A stretch of DNA of 41,654 bases from Babesia bigemina (GCF_000981445.1 NW_012237372.1:1-41654), one strand, 5' to 3'. Positions 1 to 10,912 are shown, counted from the first letter of the stretch. A program made the numbers and translations. The notes: generated from the letters alone by a model not told the origin.

Positions 1-50
1 GTGGGTAAAGGGGCGATGTAGAGTGGGTTAGGGAGCGATGTAGAGTGGAT
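1..50. repeat. Partial 22-bp G-rich minisatellite (truncated by window edge)
   Basis: Two units of CGATGTAGAGTGG(G/A)T(T/A)A(A/G)GG(G/A)G, the same as the arrays at 5849, 16796, 27165 and 33478; suggests another ves-like gene lies left of the window. Confidence 0.9.
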
Positions 51-71
51 AATAATCACCACTTTGGTCAC

Positions 72-728
72 CATGTCATCGCTGCCGTGACCATGTCATC
101 GCTGCCGTAACCATGTCATCGCTGCCGTGACCATGTCATCGCTGCCGTGCCCATGACATCGCTGCCGTGACCATGTCATCGCTGCCGTGACCATGTCATC
201 GCTGCCTAACCATGTCATCGCTGCCGTGACCATGTCATCGCTGTTGTGACCATGTCATCGCTACTGTGTCCATGTCATCGCTGCCGTGACCATGTCATCG
301 CTGCCGTGACCATGTCATCGCTGCCGTGACCATGTCCTCGCTGCCGTGACCATAACAATGTCATCGCTGCCGTAACCATGTCATCGCTGCCGTGACCATA
401 ACAATGTCATCGCTGCCGTGACCATGTCATCGCTGCCGTGACCATAACAATGTCATCGCTGCCGTAACCATGTCATCGCTGCTTAACCATTCCATCGCTG
501 CCGTGACCATGTCATCGCTGCCGTGACCATGTAATCGCTGCCGTAACCATGTCATCGCTGCCGTGACCATGTCACCGCTGCCGTAACCATGTCATCGCTG
601 CCGTAACCATGTCATCGCTGCCGTAACCATGTCATCGCTGCCGTAACCATGTCATCGCTGCCGTAACCATGTCCTCGCTGCCGTGACCATGACATCGCTG
701 CCGTAACCATGACATCGCTGCCGTGACC
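72..728. repeat. 20-bp minisatellite (CATGTCATCGCTGCCGT(G/A)AC), ~32 units
   Basis: Direct tandem repeat; a few units carry a 6-bp insertion (ccataacaatg). Confidence 0.97.
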
Positions 729-734
729 GCTAAC

Positions 735-957
735 TTGGTCAGGTGCTTGGTCATGGCATTGGTCAGGTGCTTGGTCACCGCTTTGGTCAACACGTTGGTC
801 AGCACTTTGGTCAGCACGTTGGTCACCACCTTGGTCAGCACGTTGGTCACCACTTTGGTCATGGCATTGGTCAACACATTGGTCAACACGTTGGTCAGCA
901 CTTTGGTCAACACTTTGGTCAGCACCTTGGTCAGCACTTTGGGCAGCACTTTAGTTA
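735..957. repeat. 12-bp minisatellite (TTGGTCA(G/A/C)CAC(T/G/A/C)), ~18 units
   Basis: Direct tandem repeat; source of the spurious VLTK/LVST/GQHF ORFs. Confidence 0.95.
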
Positions 958-1076
958 ACTACTACACAATCACATACAACGATTAGTGAGTGATGCAACA
1001 GATTAAAGTACAATTCATGAGTTAGGTGAGTAGGTGATATGCTAGGTGAGTGTAGGTAGTAAACACGTGAGTACGA
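958..1076 (-). promoter_or_regulatory. Conserved 3' flank / putative 3'UTR of NRVFYLQP-type genes
   Basis: Closely similar ~115-bp blocks at 27973-28087 and 36393-36511, each directly after the stop codon; contains clustered ACTCAC (sense) motifs. Confidence 0.6.
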
Positions 1077-4000
1077 TTATGGCTGCAGGTAAAACACTCT
1101 GTTAAGCTTGTTAACACGTGCAGCGGCGAGTAGTGATTGAGCAGCAATCCTATGACTCGAGGGACTATGTAGATGCGATTTGATGTGGAGGAGGTCTAGG
1201 CGGATGACCATGATGTGGATGAGGTACAGGAAAGAGAGGAGCCAGAGGGTAAGGACAAGGTAGGAGAAGGGTTGTCTGATAGTCCAAATGAAGTTGTCAC
1301 ATTCCTCAAATAATTTGGTGAAATATTGCGATTTTAGTACGTTTTGTAATTGCGCGTACAGGTTACGGCAGTATCTTCTTTGATCACCGGATAACAATTT
1401 TTTGACGTCGCCAAATGTGAAGCCGTAACTGTATAAAATGCTCATCACACCGCGGCATCCCACCAGCGATCGGCACTTGCAGCCGTAGCCATCGCCGTGC
1501 TTGCCCGGTTTACAAGAGCTGCCGTCGACGCATGTGCTGCATCCCCAATCTTGGCAAGAGATACTGCTGAATGAATCAAACAATGATTTAAGATAGTCAT
1601 ACAGTGTCCATGGTAGATAAACGGCCCATGAGAGATACACGTTAGTATGTTTAGCTGCGATGTAGTAGTACGTGTCGCAGAATAGGGTCTGCAGGTACGG
1701 CCCGCAGTGGACGTTATCTTCGATTGCAAGCATACATGACTGACTCATCGCGAGGCTCGACATATCAGCCGATTTTGGAATATGATTACTTGCATTATGA
1801 CTACTCTGACTGTTGCCATAAGCGGCACTAAGCGCACCTGTGAGTTTGGTTGTCTCCTTATATAAGTCAATGGACAACTGTTTGGTTGTGATTTCAAAAG
1901 CCGTTTTGATAGCATCGGTACCAGAATCCGTATTACTATTCAGCACATTAACTAATGAGACGGCAAAATTGAAGTGCTCGGGTAGCGATGAGGGCGGTTT
2001 AGTCATTAAGCAAAATAGCGTTGTTATATATGAGTTTGCGAAGAAATTTTCTAGCATCTCACATAATGCTCTACCCGTCTTCTCACTACCAGAAAACCCC
2101 CTGAAACCGAGAGGTGTCAAACACGGCATACCCTTCTTAGCTTTCGGGCACGTTGAACATACAGCTCTACACCCTATGGAACTGACATGATGAGGCAAGT
2201 GGCCAGGTAAGCAGTCGTTGAGGTAGCTCATTAAAGGGGAGTTTGGTTGGCAATTTGGTTGGTATTTGCCTGGCACGTGGCAAACACCCTACTTGGCTCG
2301 TGCTTTGTTCTTTTGGGTGCTCGTTACATTGCCATTTAGCTGATGGGACGTTCTGGCCGTATACACAATCGGCCCACCCGTAGTGTTGAGCACCGATGCT
2401 ACATTGCCTATACAAAAATCTCAGTGGCGGGTACAACCTGCTTAGGACATCCAGTAGCATCTGGAGGCAATCTTCGCCCTTGGATGGGTAGTGAAAGTTA
2501 AGCGAATTGGCGCAGTAGTCGACGGCGTACATGGTATGAGCATTTCCGTAACCGACGATTCTGGTCAGAACGTCATATGACTTTGAGCACAAACGCATCA
2601 CCGCTTTCCGTGTATCATCATATAACATGTTGTTTGGATGCGCTGGGAGGAAGTCATCTCTCATGTCTGTAACAGTTATCTCAAACCCGTCGAGATCTGC
2701 TGCGACCTGTTTATTTGGATCCTCAAATAATTCACTCACAGCATCACGCAGAACTTCTTCATAAACGGAACTGCATGGAAGCCCTGACAGCCAACAAAGT
2801 ATTTCGAACACGTTACATGGCCGCTTCTTGGCAGCAAACGTTGAGACGTGACAGACTTGATAGTAATCGTTAAGGTGCTCGTTCAGCATCTGAAGCGCAA
2901 GTTTGGTGTCTTTATCTGTGTGGTATATATGCTTGTAATCGTCGCTAATCAGAAGCTTTTTGATTTTTGTGGCAGCAACGTTCTTATCTAACTCCCCCTT
3001 TTGCTTCTCTTTGACGGAGACATCATAGCCTTGATGGTAAAAGAACATTCCAACATCTGTGTTTTTGTTAATTTTCTGAAATCTCTGTTCCGTATAACAA
3101 TACTTCTTCAGAACTTTAAAGGCAATGTGCAAGTTAGAGACAACAGTCAAACAGACCTTAGACAGCTTTTCACCGTAAGGCGTTAATTTTTCGTTTTGAC
3201 CAGAATTTTTACCAGCATCATTTTTAACAAGTGGATTTAACGTAAAATTGATTAATGTTCCATCATCATACCCGTTCACATACACCCGCTCCATCTGCTC
3301 GACAAACCCCTGCAGCCCCGCTCTGACCGCATCGAGCAGCTCCGGGTGCCGGGGGTTGGCGAAGTGGGAGGGGTGGAGGAGGTGGAGGGAGGAGGAGAGG
3401 GATTCATGCTTTTTGGTGTATGTATGATCAAATATATATGTTCTAGAAGGTGTAGAGTCATTTTTGAGGTGGTCGAGTAATTCGTTGAATTTAGTGTTGA
3501 CGGCGGTGAGGTGCTGGAGGTTGGTAGCATTGATGCCTTGAAGGGCCTGCGGTTCCGACGCAATTTCGGATTTGATTTGGTAATCAGTATACTTATGAAT
3601 ATTAGTGAAATAGGCGTGGAATGCTGTGGAGAGTTCTTTGAATTTCCCAAGATGCTGTGCGCCCTTAGGTGACGGAGCAAGGGGCTGGGCAAGATTGGAA
3701 ATTTCGTTAAACAATTCAGTGGGCAAATTATCATCAAAATATGAAGAATGGTCTGGTTTTACAGTGTACTTATTACCTCCCATCACTCTCATCAACCCCT
3801 TGAACCCGATGCGCAGATCCCTCTCAATCTCCCCCGGCAACCCCTGCAACTCCTGGCTGACCTTGTCCGCGAACGCGGTGAGCATTAGTTTAGTATGACG
3901 AACGTAGCGTTTCCTGAGGTCTGTGATGATTATGTTTTTCGAGTCGGTGATTGCCGAGTTTATATACGACTGCAGTCCGCTGACGCATTTGCTACGCAGT

Positions 4001-5820
4001 CCATCGATTGCGGAAATATATGACTCCACTTCCTGTAACCACGTATCTAATTTGCTTTCCACTTCTTCGGCAACATCGAGTATCCTATTAATGCTTGTAG
4101 TTAGCGATCTCATGTTGGTGGGTAAGGTTTTAGTGATGCTTGTAAGCGTTGAGTCTGGTACATTCGTATTGGTCGATTGAGTTTTAAGATTCGAAATGTC
4201 GTTTTTGATGCCTTGAACTAACTGCCCTATACGCTGTAAATCGCCTTTTGAATTTTCCATGAATTTCTCAATATTGATTTTCATAGATCCGTACTTTTTA
4301 AGTACCGTATTACCTCTCTCGGCTGCCTTCGCATCAAGCGTCTTAATTACGCTTTCTAAAACATTATTTATGAATTCAGAACAAAGGCCAGCATATGCTT
4401 CACCATCACTTAAACTTGTAACGTATTCGTTCATCAATTTTGTGATTTGTATACGCAAGCTGTCTAGATCTGTCTCTATCGCTTTAGGAAATATTTCTAC
4501 TGCATTATTTAGATCTTCGGCAAATCCTTCAAGCACTGGTTGGTTTTTCATACGGATACCGATGGACATCAAATCATTCAGCGGCTGAACCACCTTTTTT
4601 ATTTCCGCAAGCGCCGTATGAATCTTAGGATAACGATCTTCGAATATCAAAATATCGTCGCCGACGTAACTGCGGGATGCTACTAATTTCTCTTTATTGT
4701 TCTTAACCCAGTCGCTCAATGGTTGGTAAATGTCTTTTTTCATGGTACTTTGAAATGCGTTCATTTTGTTTCTAATATCATTTAATAGAGCCTCCACTTT
4801 TGTCCTAGTCTCATCATCGACTTTTCTATGTATGTCATTGCACCTCTCAACAACTTTCTTAATGCTGTATTCCAAATCGTGACTCTGATTCTGACACGAA
4901 AATTGCAGCACGTCTAATTCACGTTTCATGGCATTTATAGCATTATTAACATTATTACGAGTGTCGAAATTCAAATCAGCAATCTCAGTCTGCAAAGTCT
5001 TAGTAGTCTCGGTGAATCCGACAGTCGCCTTAATTGAATCCTTTAACTTCCGGTTCACGTCATCAACCGCTTGCTTAGCGACATCGGCGTCCCCCGTCCT
5101 CAGGATCATAGTAGTACCTGCAACAGCATTATCATTTAATATAGCACTTACCTGAGTTTTAAGCTCTTTCATCTCCCCTTCAAGCTTTTTTATTGGTTGT
5201 TTAACTTTCTCATTCCCCTCCTGCACTTCCCTGTTATACCCCGCGATGCGAGCAGGCAACTCGGTGAAAAGCCTTTTAAAGCCCTCGTGACCTGAGCAAA
5301 GATGTTTGTTAATAAGCGTTAAAATGTTGTTAATTAATATATTTTTACCCACACTGTAAGGCTGTTTCTCGCTGACATCCCTAAGCACCTGATACAAAAA
5401 TCCCATCACTGCATCACAAAGCCTATCCAAGTCAGAGTACACAATCCCCTGGCCAGTGTAGCCTTTTGACTCAGAGTTGAAGCCGAGGAAAGTTTCGAGG
5501 CCAGAACAAAGATTCTCTAAAAGATTTTGGCAATTGTCATTTTTAGTCAATCCTTCAAGACTCTCTTTAAGTTTTTCAAGCTGAGACAACTTGGAGTCAA
5601 TGTCCTGCAAGGCTTTCTTAGTAGCATCGTCAGTAAGAGAATGGTCAGTATCAGCAAGTTATTATAATGGTTTAAAGAGGTCATAGCGTTAATAAGACGA
5701 ACTGATTCGAGATATTTGGAGATAGGGTGAACATGATGGCACATGGCAGTGGCAAGAGGTGGAAGAAGGGAAGTGAAGGGTGACGAGGCACAAGTTATTA
5801 GGATGGTTTAAAGAGGTCAT
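1077..5820 (-). pseudogene. ves: ves-like gene E (variant erythrocyte surface antigen superfamily), frameshifted and 5'-interrupted
   Basis: ORF 2167-5610 (GIVYSDLDRLCDAVMGFL motif) and ORF 1077-2276 (Cys-rich domain, TM, ...RVNKLNRVFYLQP) together form one gene homologous to A-D. Frameshift near 2255-2280. The ORF-track start at 5610 is TTG. The leader ATG at 5820 is in frame but is followed by in-frame TAA stops (5689-5691 and ~5660). Confidence 0.85.
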
Positions 5821-5850
5821 AGCGGTATTATTGCGAGGTAATTCGAGGGA
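5650..5850 (-). other. Conserved leader element (MTSLNHPNNLCLVTL-encoding), here in two diverged copies
   Basis: 5790-5850 matches 16737-16797, 27107-27167 and 33420-33480; 5654-5712 is a second, diverged copy (caagttattataatggtttaaagaggtcatagcg). Confidence 0.8.
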
Positions 5851-6697
5851 TGTGGAGTGGATTAAGGAGCGATGTAGAGTGGGTTAAGGAGCGATGTAGA
5901 GTGGATAAAGGAGCGATGTAGAGTGGGTAAAGAAGCGATGTAGAGTGGGTTAGGGAGCGATGTAGAGTGGGTTAAGGGGCGATGTAGAGTGGATAAAGGG
6001 GCGATGTAAGGTGGATTAGGGAGCGATGTAGAGTGGATAGAGGAGCGATGTGGAGTGGGTTAAGGGGCGATGTAGGGTGGGTAAAGGGGCGATGTAGAGT
6101 GGATTAAGGGGCGATGTGGAGTGGGTTAAGGGGCGATGTAGAGTGGACAAAGGAGCGATGTGGAGTGGGTTAGGGAGCGATGTGGAGTGGGTTAAGGGGC
6201 GATGTGGAGTGGGTTAGGGAGCGATGTAGAGTGGACAAAGGGGCGATGTAGAGTGGTTAAAGGAGCGATGTGGAGTGGGTTAGGGAGCGATGTAGAGTGG
6301 GTAAAGGGGCGATGTGGAGTGGACTAAGGGGCGATGTGGAGTGGGTTAGGGAGCGATGTAGAGTGGGTTAAGGAGCGATGTAGAGTGGGTTAAGGGGCGA
6401 TGTAGAGTGGATAGAGGAGCGATGTAGAGTGGATAAGGGAGCGATGTAGAGTGGGTAAGGGGCGATGTAGAGTGGGTTAAGGGGCGATGTAGAGTGGATA
6501 AAGGGGCGATGTAGAGTGGATAGAGGAGCGATGTAGAGTGGGTTAGGGAGCGATGTAGAGTGGGTAAAGGGGCGATGTAGAGTGGGTAAAGGGGCGATGT
6601 AGAGTGGGTAAAGGCGCGATGCAGAGTGGGTTAAGGAGCGATGTGGAGTGGGTAAAGGGGCGATGTGGAGTGGATAAAGGGGCGATGTAGAGTGGGT
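5849..6697. repeat. 22-bp G-rich minisatellite, ~38 units
   Basis: Tandem CGATGTAGAGTGGGTTAGGGAG / CGATGTAGAGTGGATAAAGGGG variants. Confidence 0.97.
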
Positions 6698-6719
6698 AAT
6701 AATCACCACTTATGTCACC

Positions 6720-7152
6720 ACTGTCATCGCTGCCGTAACCATGTCATCGCTGCCGTAACCATGTCATCGCTGCTGTAACCATGTCATCGCTGCCGTGACC
6801 ATGTCATCGCTGCCGTGACCATGTCATCGCTGCCGTAACCATCAACTGTCATCGCTGCCGTAACCATCAACTGTCATCGCTGCCGTGACCATGACATCGC
6901 TGCCGTAACCATGTCATCGCTGCCGTGACCATGTCATCGCTGCCGTGACCATGTCATCGCTGCCGTGACCATGTCATCGCTGCCGTGACCATGTGATCGC
7001 TGCCGTGACCATGACATCGCTGCCGTGACCATGTGATCGCTGCCGTGACCATGTGATCGCTGCCGTGACCGTGTCATCGCTGCCGTAACCATGTCATCGC
7101 TGCAGTGACCATGTCATCGCTGCCGTGACCATGTCATCGCTGCCGTGACCAT
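6720..7152. repeat. 20-bp minisatellite, ~21 units
   Basis: Tandem CATGTCATCGCTGCCGTGAC. Confidence 0.96.
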
Positions 7153-7156
7153 ACAC

Positions 7157-7490
7157 TTGGTCAGGGGTTAGGTCACCACATTGGTCACCACTTTGGTCAG
7201 CACCTTGGTCAGCACCTTGGTCAGCACCTTGGTCAGCACATTGGTCAGCACATTGGTCAACACATTGGTCAGCACATTGGTCACCACTCTGGTCATGGCA
7301 TTGGTCACCACTTTGGGCAGCACATTGGTCAACACTTTGGTCATGGCATTGGTCAACACATTGGTCAGCACTCTGGTCAACACTTTGGGCAGCATCTTGG
7401 TCAGGTGCTTGGTCACCACGTTAGTCATGGCATTGGTCACCACGTTGGTCACCACGTTGGTCAGCACATCGGCCAGATGCTTGGTCACCT
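7157..7490. repeat. 12-bp minisatellite, ~27 units
   Basis: Tandem TTGGTCAGCACA variants. Confidence 0.95.
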
Positions 7491-8895
7491 CACTGCTCAT
7501 GTGCCTGGTCATCAACGCAATCATTACTCTGTCTAGCACATTAGATGTAGTTGCCAGTTAGGTGATCGGTGGGATTTGGATGAAGAAGTTATGCGCTTAC
7601 AGATTGTTGAGCTCAGCTGTAGAACGCGATGCAGAAGGGTATCTTGCGGACGAGGAAATCGCGGATTCTGTGGCCCACCGGGAAGCGGAAGATGCACAGG
7701 TCGAGCAGGATGATGGCGACGATGATGGCAACGATGACGGCGGCGATGGCGGAGTAGGGAGGGGGGGATGGTCACTTCACTGCTCATGTGATTGTTCATC
7801 AATTCAATCATTACTCTGTCTAGAACATTTGACGTCAGTTGGCAGTTGGGTGATCAGTGGAATTTGGATTACGATGTTTGCACTAACAAATTGCGGAGAT
7901 CAGCTGTAGAACGCGATGCAGAAGGGTATCTTGCGGACGAGGAAATCGCGGATTCTGTGGCCCACCGGGAAGCGGAAGATGCACAGGTCGAGCAGGATGA
8001 TGGCGACGATGATGGCAACGATGACGGCGGCGATGGCGGAGTAGGGAGGGAGGAAGCAGTCACTTCACTGCTCCTGTTATTGATCATCAACGCGATCATT
8101 ATGGTCCACAACATTAGATGTCAGTTGGCAGTTATGTGATCTGTGGAATAAGGATTAAGAAATTTGCGCCAACCAAATTGCGGAGATCAGCTGTAGAACG
8201 CGATGCAGAAGGGTATCTTGCGGACGAGGAAATCGCGGATGTTGCGGCCCACCGGGAAGCGGAAGATGCACAGGTCGAGCAGGATGATGGCGACGATGAT
8301 GGCAACGATGACGGCGGCGATGGCGGAGTAGAGAGGGAGGAAGCAGTCACTTCACTGCTCCTGTTATTGATCATCAACGCGATCATTATGGTCCACAACA
8401 TTAGATGTCAGTTGGCAGTTATGTGATCTGTGGAATAAGGATTAAGAAATTTGCGCCAACCAAATTGCGGAGATCAGCTGTAGAACGCGATGCAGAAGGG
8501 TATCTTGCGGACGAGGAAATCGCGGATGTTGCGGCCCACCGGGAAGCGGAAGATGCACAGGTCGAGCAGGATGATGGCGACGATGATGGCAACGATGACG
8601 GCGGCGATGGCGGAGTAGGGAGGGGGGGATGGTCACTTCACTGCTCATGTGATTGTTCATCAATTCAATCATTACTCTGTCTAGAACATTTGACGTCAGT
8701 TGGCAGTTGGGTGATCAGTGGAATTTGGATTACGATGTTTGCACTAACAAATTGCGGAGATCAGCTGTAGAACGCGATGCAGAAGGGTATCTTGCGGACG
8801 AGGAAATCGCGGATGTTGCGGCCCACCGGGAAGCGGAAGATGCACAGGTCGAGCAGGATGATGGCGACGATGATGGCAACGATGACGGCGGCGAT
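7480..8895 (-). repeat. Five tandem 287-bp units, each a TM/cytoplasmic-tail coding segment plus 3' spacer; four are orphan copies
   Basis: TGA stops (plus-strand tca) at 7613, 7900, 8187, 8474 and 8761, exactly 287 bp apart; each unit encodes IAAVIVAIIVAIILLDLCIFRFPVG(RN/HR)IRDFLVRKIPFCIAFYS*. Confidence 0.93.
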
Positions 8896-9273
8896 AACTT
8901 GGGGGGAAGGGGGGGGAAGTGGAGAAATGTTTTCATCGGACTCAGAGCCTACAAAAGGAGAAAAAGCGGTATGCTCTGCACTGCTTAAGGAATGAACACC
9001 AGAGGCGGCAACTTCTTCACGTGGACGTTTCTCAAGACAGCATCGACATTCACATGTCTCTTTGTGACACTTATTACATGTCCTTTTCTCATCGCACTGG
9101 TAATTTCGATTTCTGCTATCTTTGCGTTTTTGGAAATAATACCAACAGCCATTGCAACCCCAGCCATTTGTACATATTTTACAACACCAGGGACAGCAGT
9201 AACAAACTTCATACGTTCGACATCCATAATCACACTCACCACACGGATGACCTCTAATGTACGACCTCCCCAT
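8761..9273 (-). CDS. Small Cys-rich single-TM protein 1 (170 aa, 18 Cys in the first 79 aa, C-terminal TM and basic tail)
   Basis: True ATG at 9273 with an in-frame TGA shortly upstream; Cys pattern conserved with paralog 18939-19370; hydrophobic VIAAVIVAIIVAIILLDLCIF segment. Confidence 0.82.
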   Translation of the reverse strand: MGRSYIRGHPCGECDYGCRTYEVCYCCPWCCKICTNGWGCNGCWYYFQKRKDSRNRNYQCDEKRTCNKCHKETCECRCCLEKRPREEVAASGVHSLSSAEHTAFSPFVGSESDENISPLPPPSPQVIAAVIVAIIVAIILLDLCIFRFPVGRNIRDFLVRKIPFCIAFYS

Positions 9274-9284
9274 CTTCCTGTTTC

Positions 9285-9750
9285 CCTCCCAATCCCCTCA
9301 ACCTGCGAACATATCAAGCACTCAAGCTAAGCACTCACCAACGACAACACGTACCACTGCCGCGCCCAGCCCCTCAACCTGCAAACATCAATCACTCACG
9401 CAGCACTCACCAACTGCAACACTACCACTGCCGCGCCCACTCCCCTCAACCTGCGAACATATCAATCACATAACCAACGCACTCACCAACTGCAACGCGT
9501 ACCACTGCCGCGCCCAGTCCCCTCAACCTGCAAACATGTCAATCACATAAGCAGCACTCACCAACCACAACACTACCACTGCCGCGCCCAGTCCCCTCAA
9601 CCTGCAAACATGTCAATCACCTAGCAACGCACTCACCAACTGCAACACTACCACTGCCGCTCCCACTCCCCTCAACCTGCGAACATACCAATCACCTAGC
9701 AACGCACTCACCAACTGCAACACTACCACTGCCGCTACCAGTCACCTCAT
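9285..9750 (-). repeat. ~75-bp tandem repeat, ~6 units, each with a putative ~35-nt GT-AG mini-intron (5' leader of Cys-rich gene 1)
   Basis: Minus-strand unit ...TTG|GTGAGTGC...ATGTT(T/C)GCAG|GTTGAGGGGA...; the intron closest to the gene is 9303-9338 (36 nt). Confidence 0.8.
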
Positions 9751-10245
9751 CAACACGTACCCTCACCGCTGTGTCCCCCCAGCCCAGGCCACCGACACCC
9801 ACGCTGCCCAGGATACCACAGCTGCGGCTGACGCGACGCATGTGAACAGCAGCAACTGTCACTCTAAATAAATGACAATTCGCAACGCCATAAAAATTGC
9901 AGCGACCCGTGCGCTCAACTCCCACAGTGCAGCAGCACCGTGCTACGAGCCGCGGTATCGGCGCCATACTGGCGGAGCGTGTCGGCTACGTGCCTAAATG
10001 TGATATTAACAATCGCTACATTGCCGCCTATAAATGCTACTTAACCGGGCCAACGCGGATTACGCCACCCTGCCAGTGACTCGCAACACACGACTTGGGT
10101 CACCCGCCGCGGCCCTCACGGCCGCCTACGCCAGCAACCTATCACCCAGCCTCACTCGACACTGACTCAATGGGCAACGCGGACGCCTCTAACAGTCATC
10201 GCGTAACTCAACGTGCTACAACACCCACCAAATTACGGTGCAGCC
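9750..10245. promoter_or_regulatory. Conserved ~500-bp non-repetitive spacer, putative promoter of Cys-rich gene 1
   Basis: Colinear and highly similar to 20450-20955; indels break any shared ORF; lies upstream of the small gene. Confidence 0.55.
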
Positions 10246-10248
10246 GCC

Positions 10249-10767
10249 AGCTCAGCACTTTGCCTGTGTGCTAGCTAAGCACTTAGTCTGCGTGCTAGCT
10301 CAGCACTTTGCCTGATAGCTACCTTAGCACTTTGCCTGGTTGCTAGCTTATCACGTTGCCTGGTTGCTGGGTTAGCACTTAGCCTGGGTGCTAGCTTAGC
10401 ACTTTGCCTGGTTGCTAGCTTAGCACTTTGCCTGGGTGCTAGCCTAGCACGTTGCCTGGGTGCCAGCTTAGCACTTAACCTGGTTACTAGCTCAGCACTT
10501 TGCCTGAGTGCTAGCTTACCACTTAGCCTGGTTGCCAGCTTACCACTTTGCCTGGATGCTTGCTTAACACTTTGCCTGGGTGCCAGCTTAGCACTTTGCC
10601 TTGTTGCTACCTTAGCACTTAGCTTGTGTGCTTGCTTAGCACTTTGCCTGGTTGCTTGCTTAGCACTTTGCCTGGGTGCTAGCTTAGCACTTTGCCTGTG
10701 TGCCAACTTACCACTTTGCCTGGGTGCTAGCTTACCACTTAGCCTGAGTGCTAGCTTAGCACGTTGC
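10249..10767. repeat. 24-bp minisatellite (AGCTTAGCACTTTGCCTGGGTGCT), ~21 units
   Basis: Direct tandem repeat; source of the spurious RQSAKLAP ORF. Confidence 0.95.
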
Positions 10768-10912
10768 TTCGTCGTTTAGTCATAACCTAATCCAAGTGCC
10801 ATTTAGTTCACAGGTTGCCGCTAGAGTAATTCGAGACATTAGACTACGTTTGTCAGCTAAGTGAGTAGGTGAGTTGTTACGTGAGTTGTGTGAATTACAA
10901 ATGTGACGATGA

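Noticed and set aside
632..986. ORFs of VLTK/LVST/GQHF repeats (also 7168-7561, 18274-18597, 27520-27999, 36242-36424)
   Set aside because: Frames are open on both strands only because the 12-bp unit lacks stops; mostly non-ATG starts and no conserved boundaries
5849..7490. CRISPR-like appearance of regular short repeats
   Set aside because: Units are directly abutting with no unique spacers, there are no cas genes, and the context is eukaryotic
7562..8988. Plus-strand acidic ORFs (SAVERDAEGYLADEEI...DDGDDDG)
   Set aside because: Antisense shadows of the GC-rich hydrophobic TM-tail codons on the minus strand
9692..9967. 91-aa ORF in the conserved spacer as a first coding exon
   Set aside because: The paralogous copy has a 2-bp indel (gacccgtg versus gaaccccgtg) that shifts the frame, and an in-frame TGA precedes the small-gene ATG
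10275..10706. RQSAKLAP repeat ORFs (also 20928-21310)
   Set aside because: Translation of the 24-bp minisatellite; starts and stops are not conserved between the two copies
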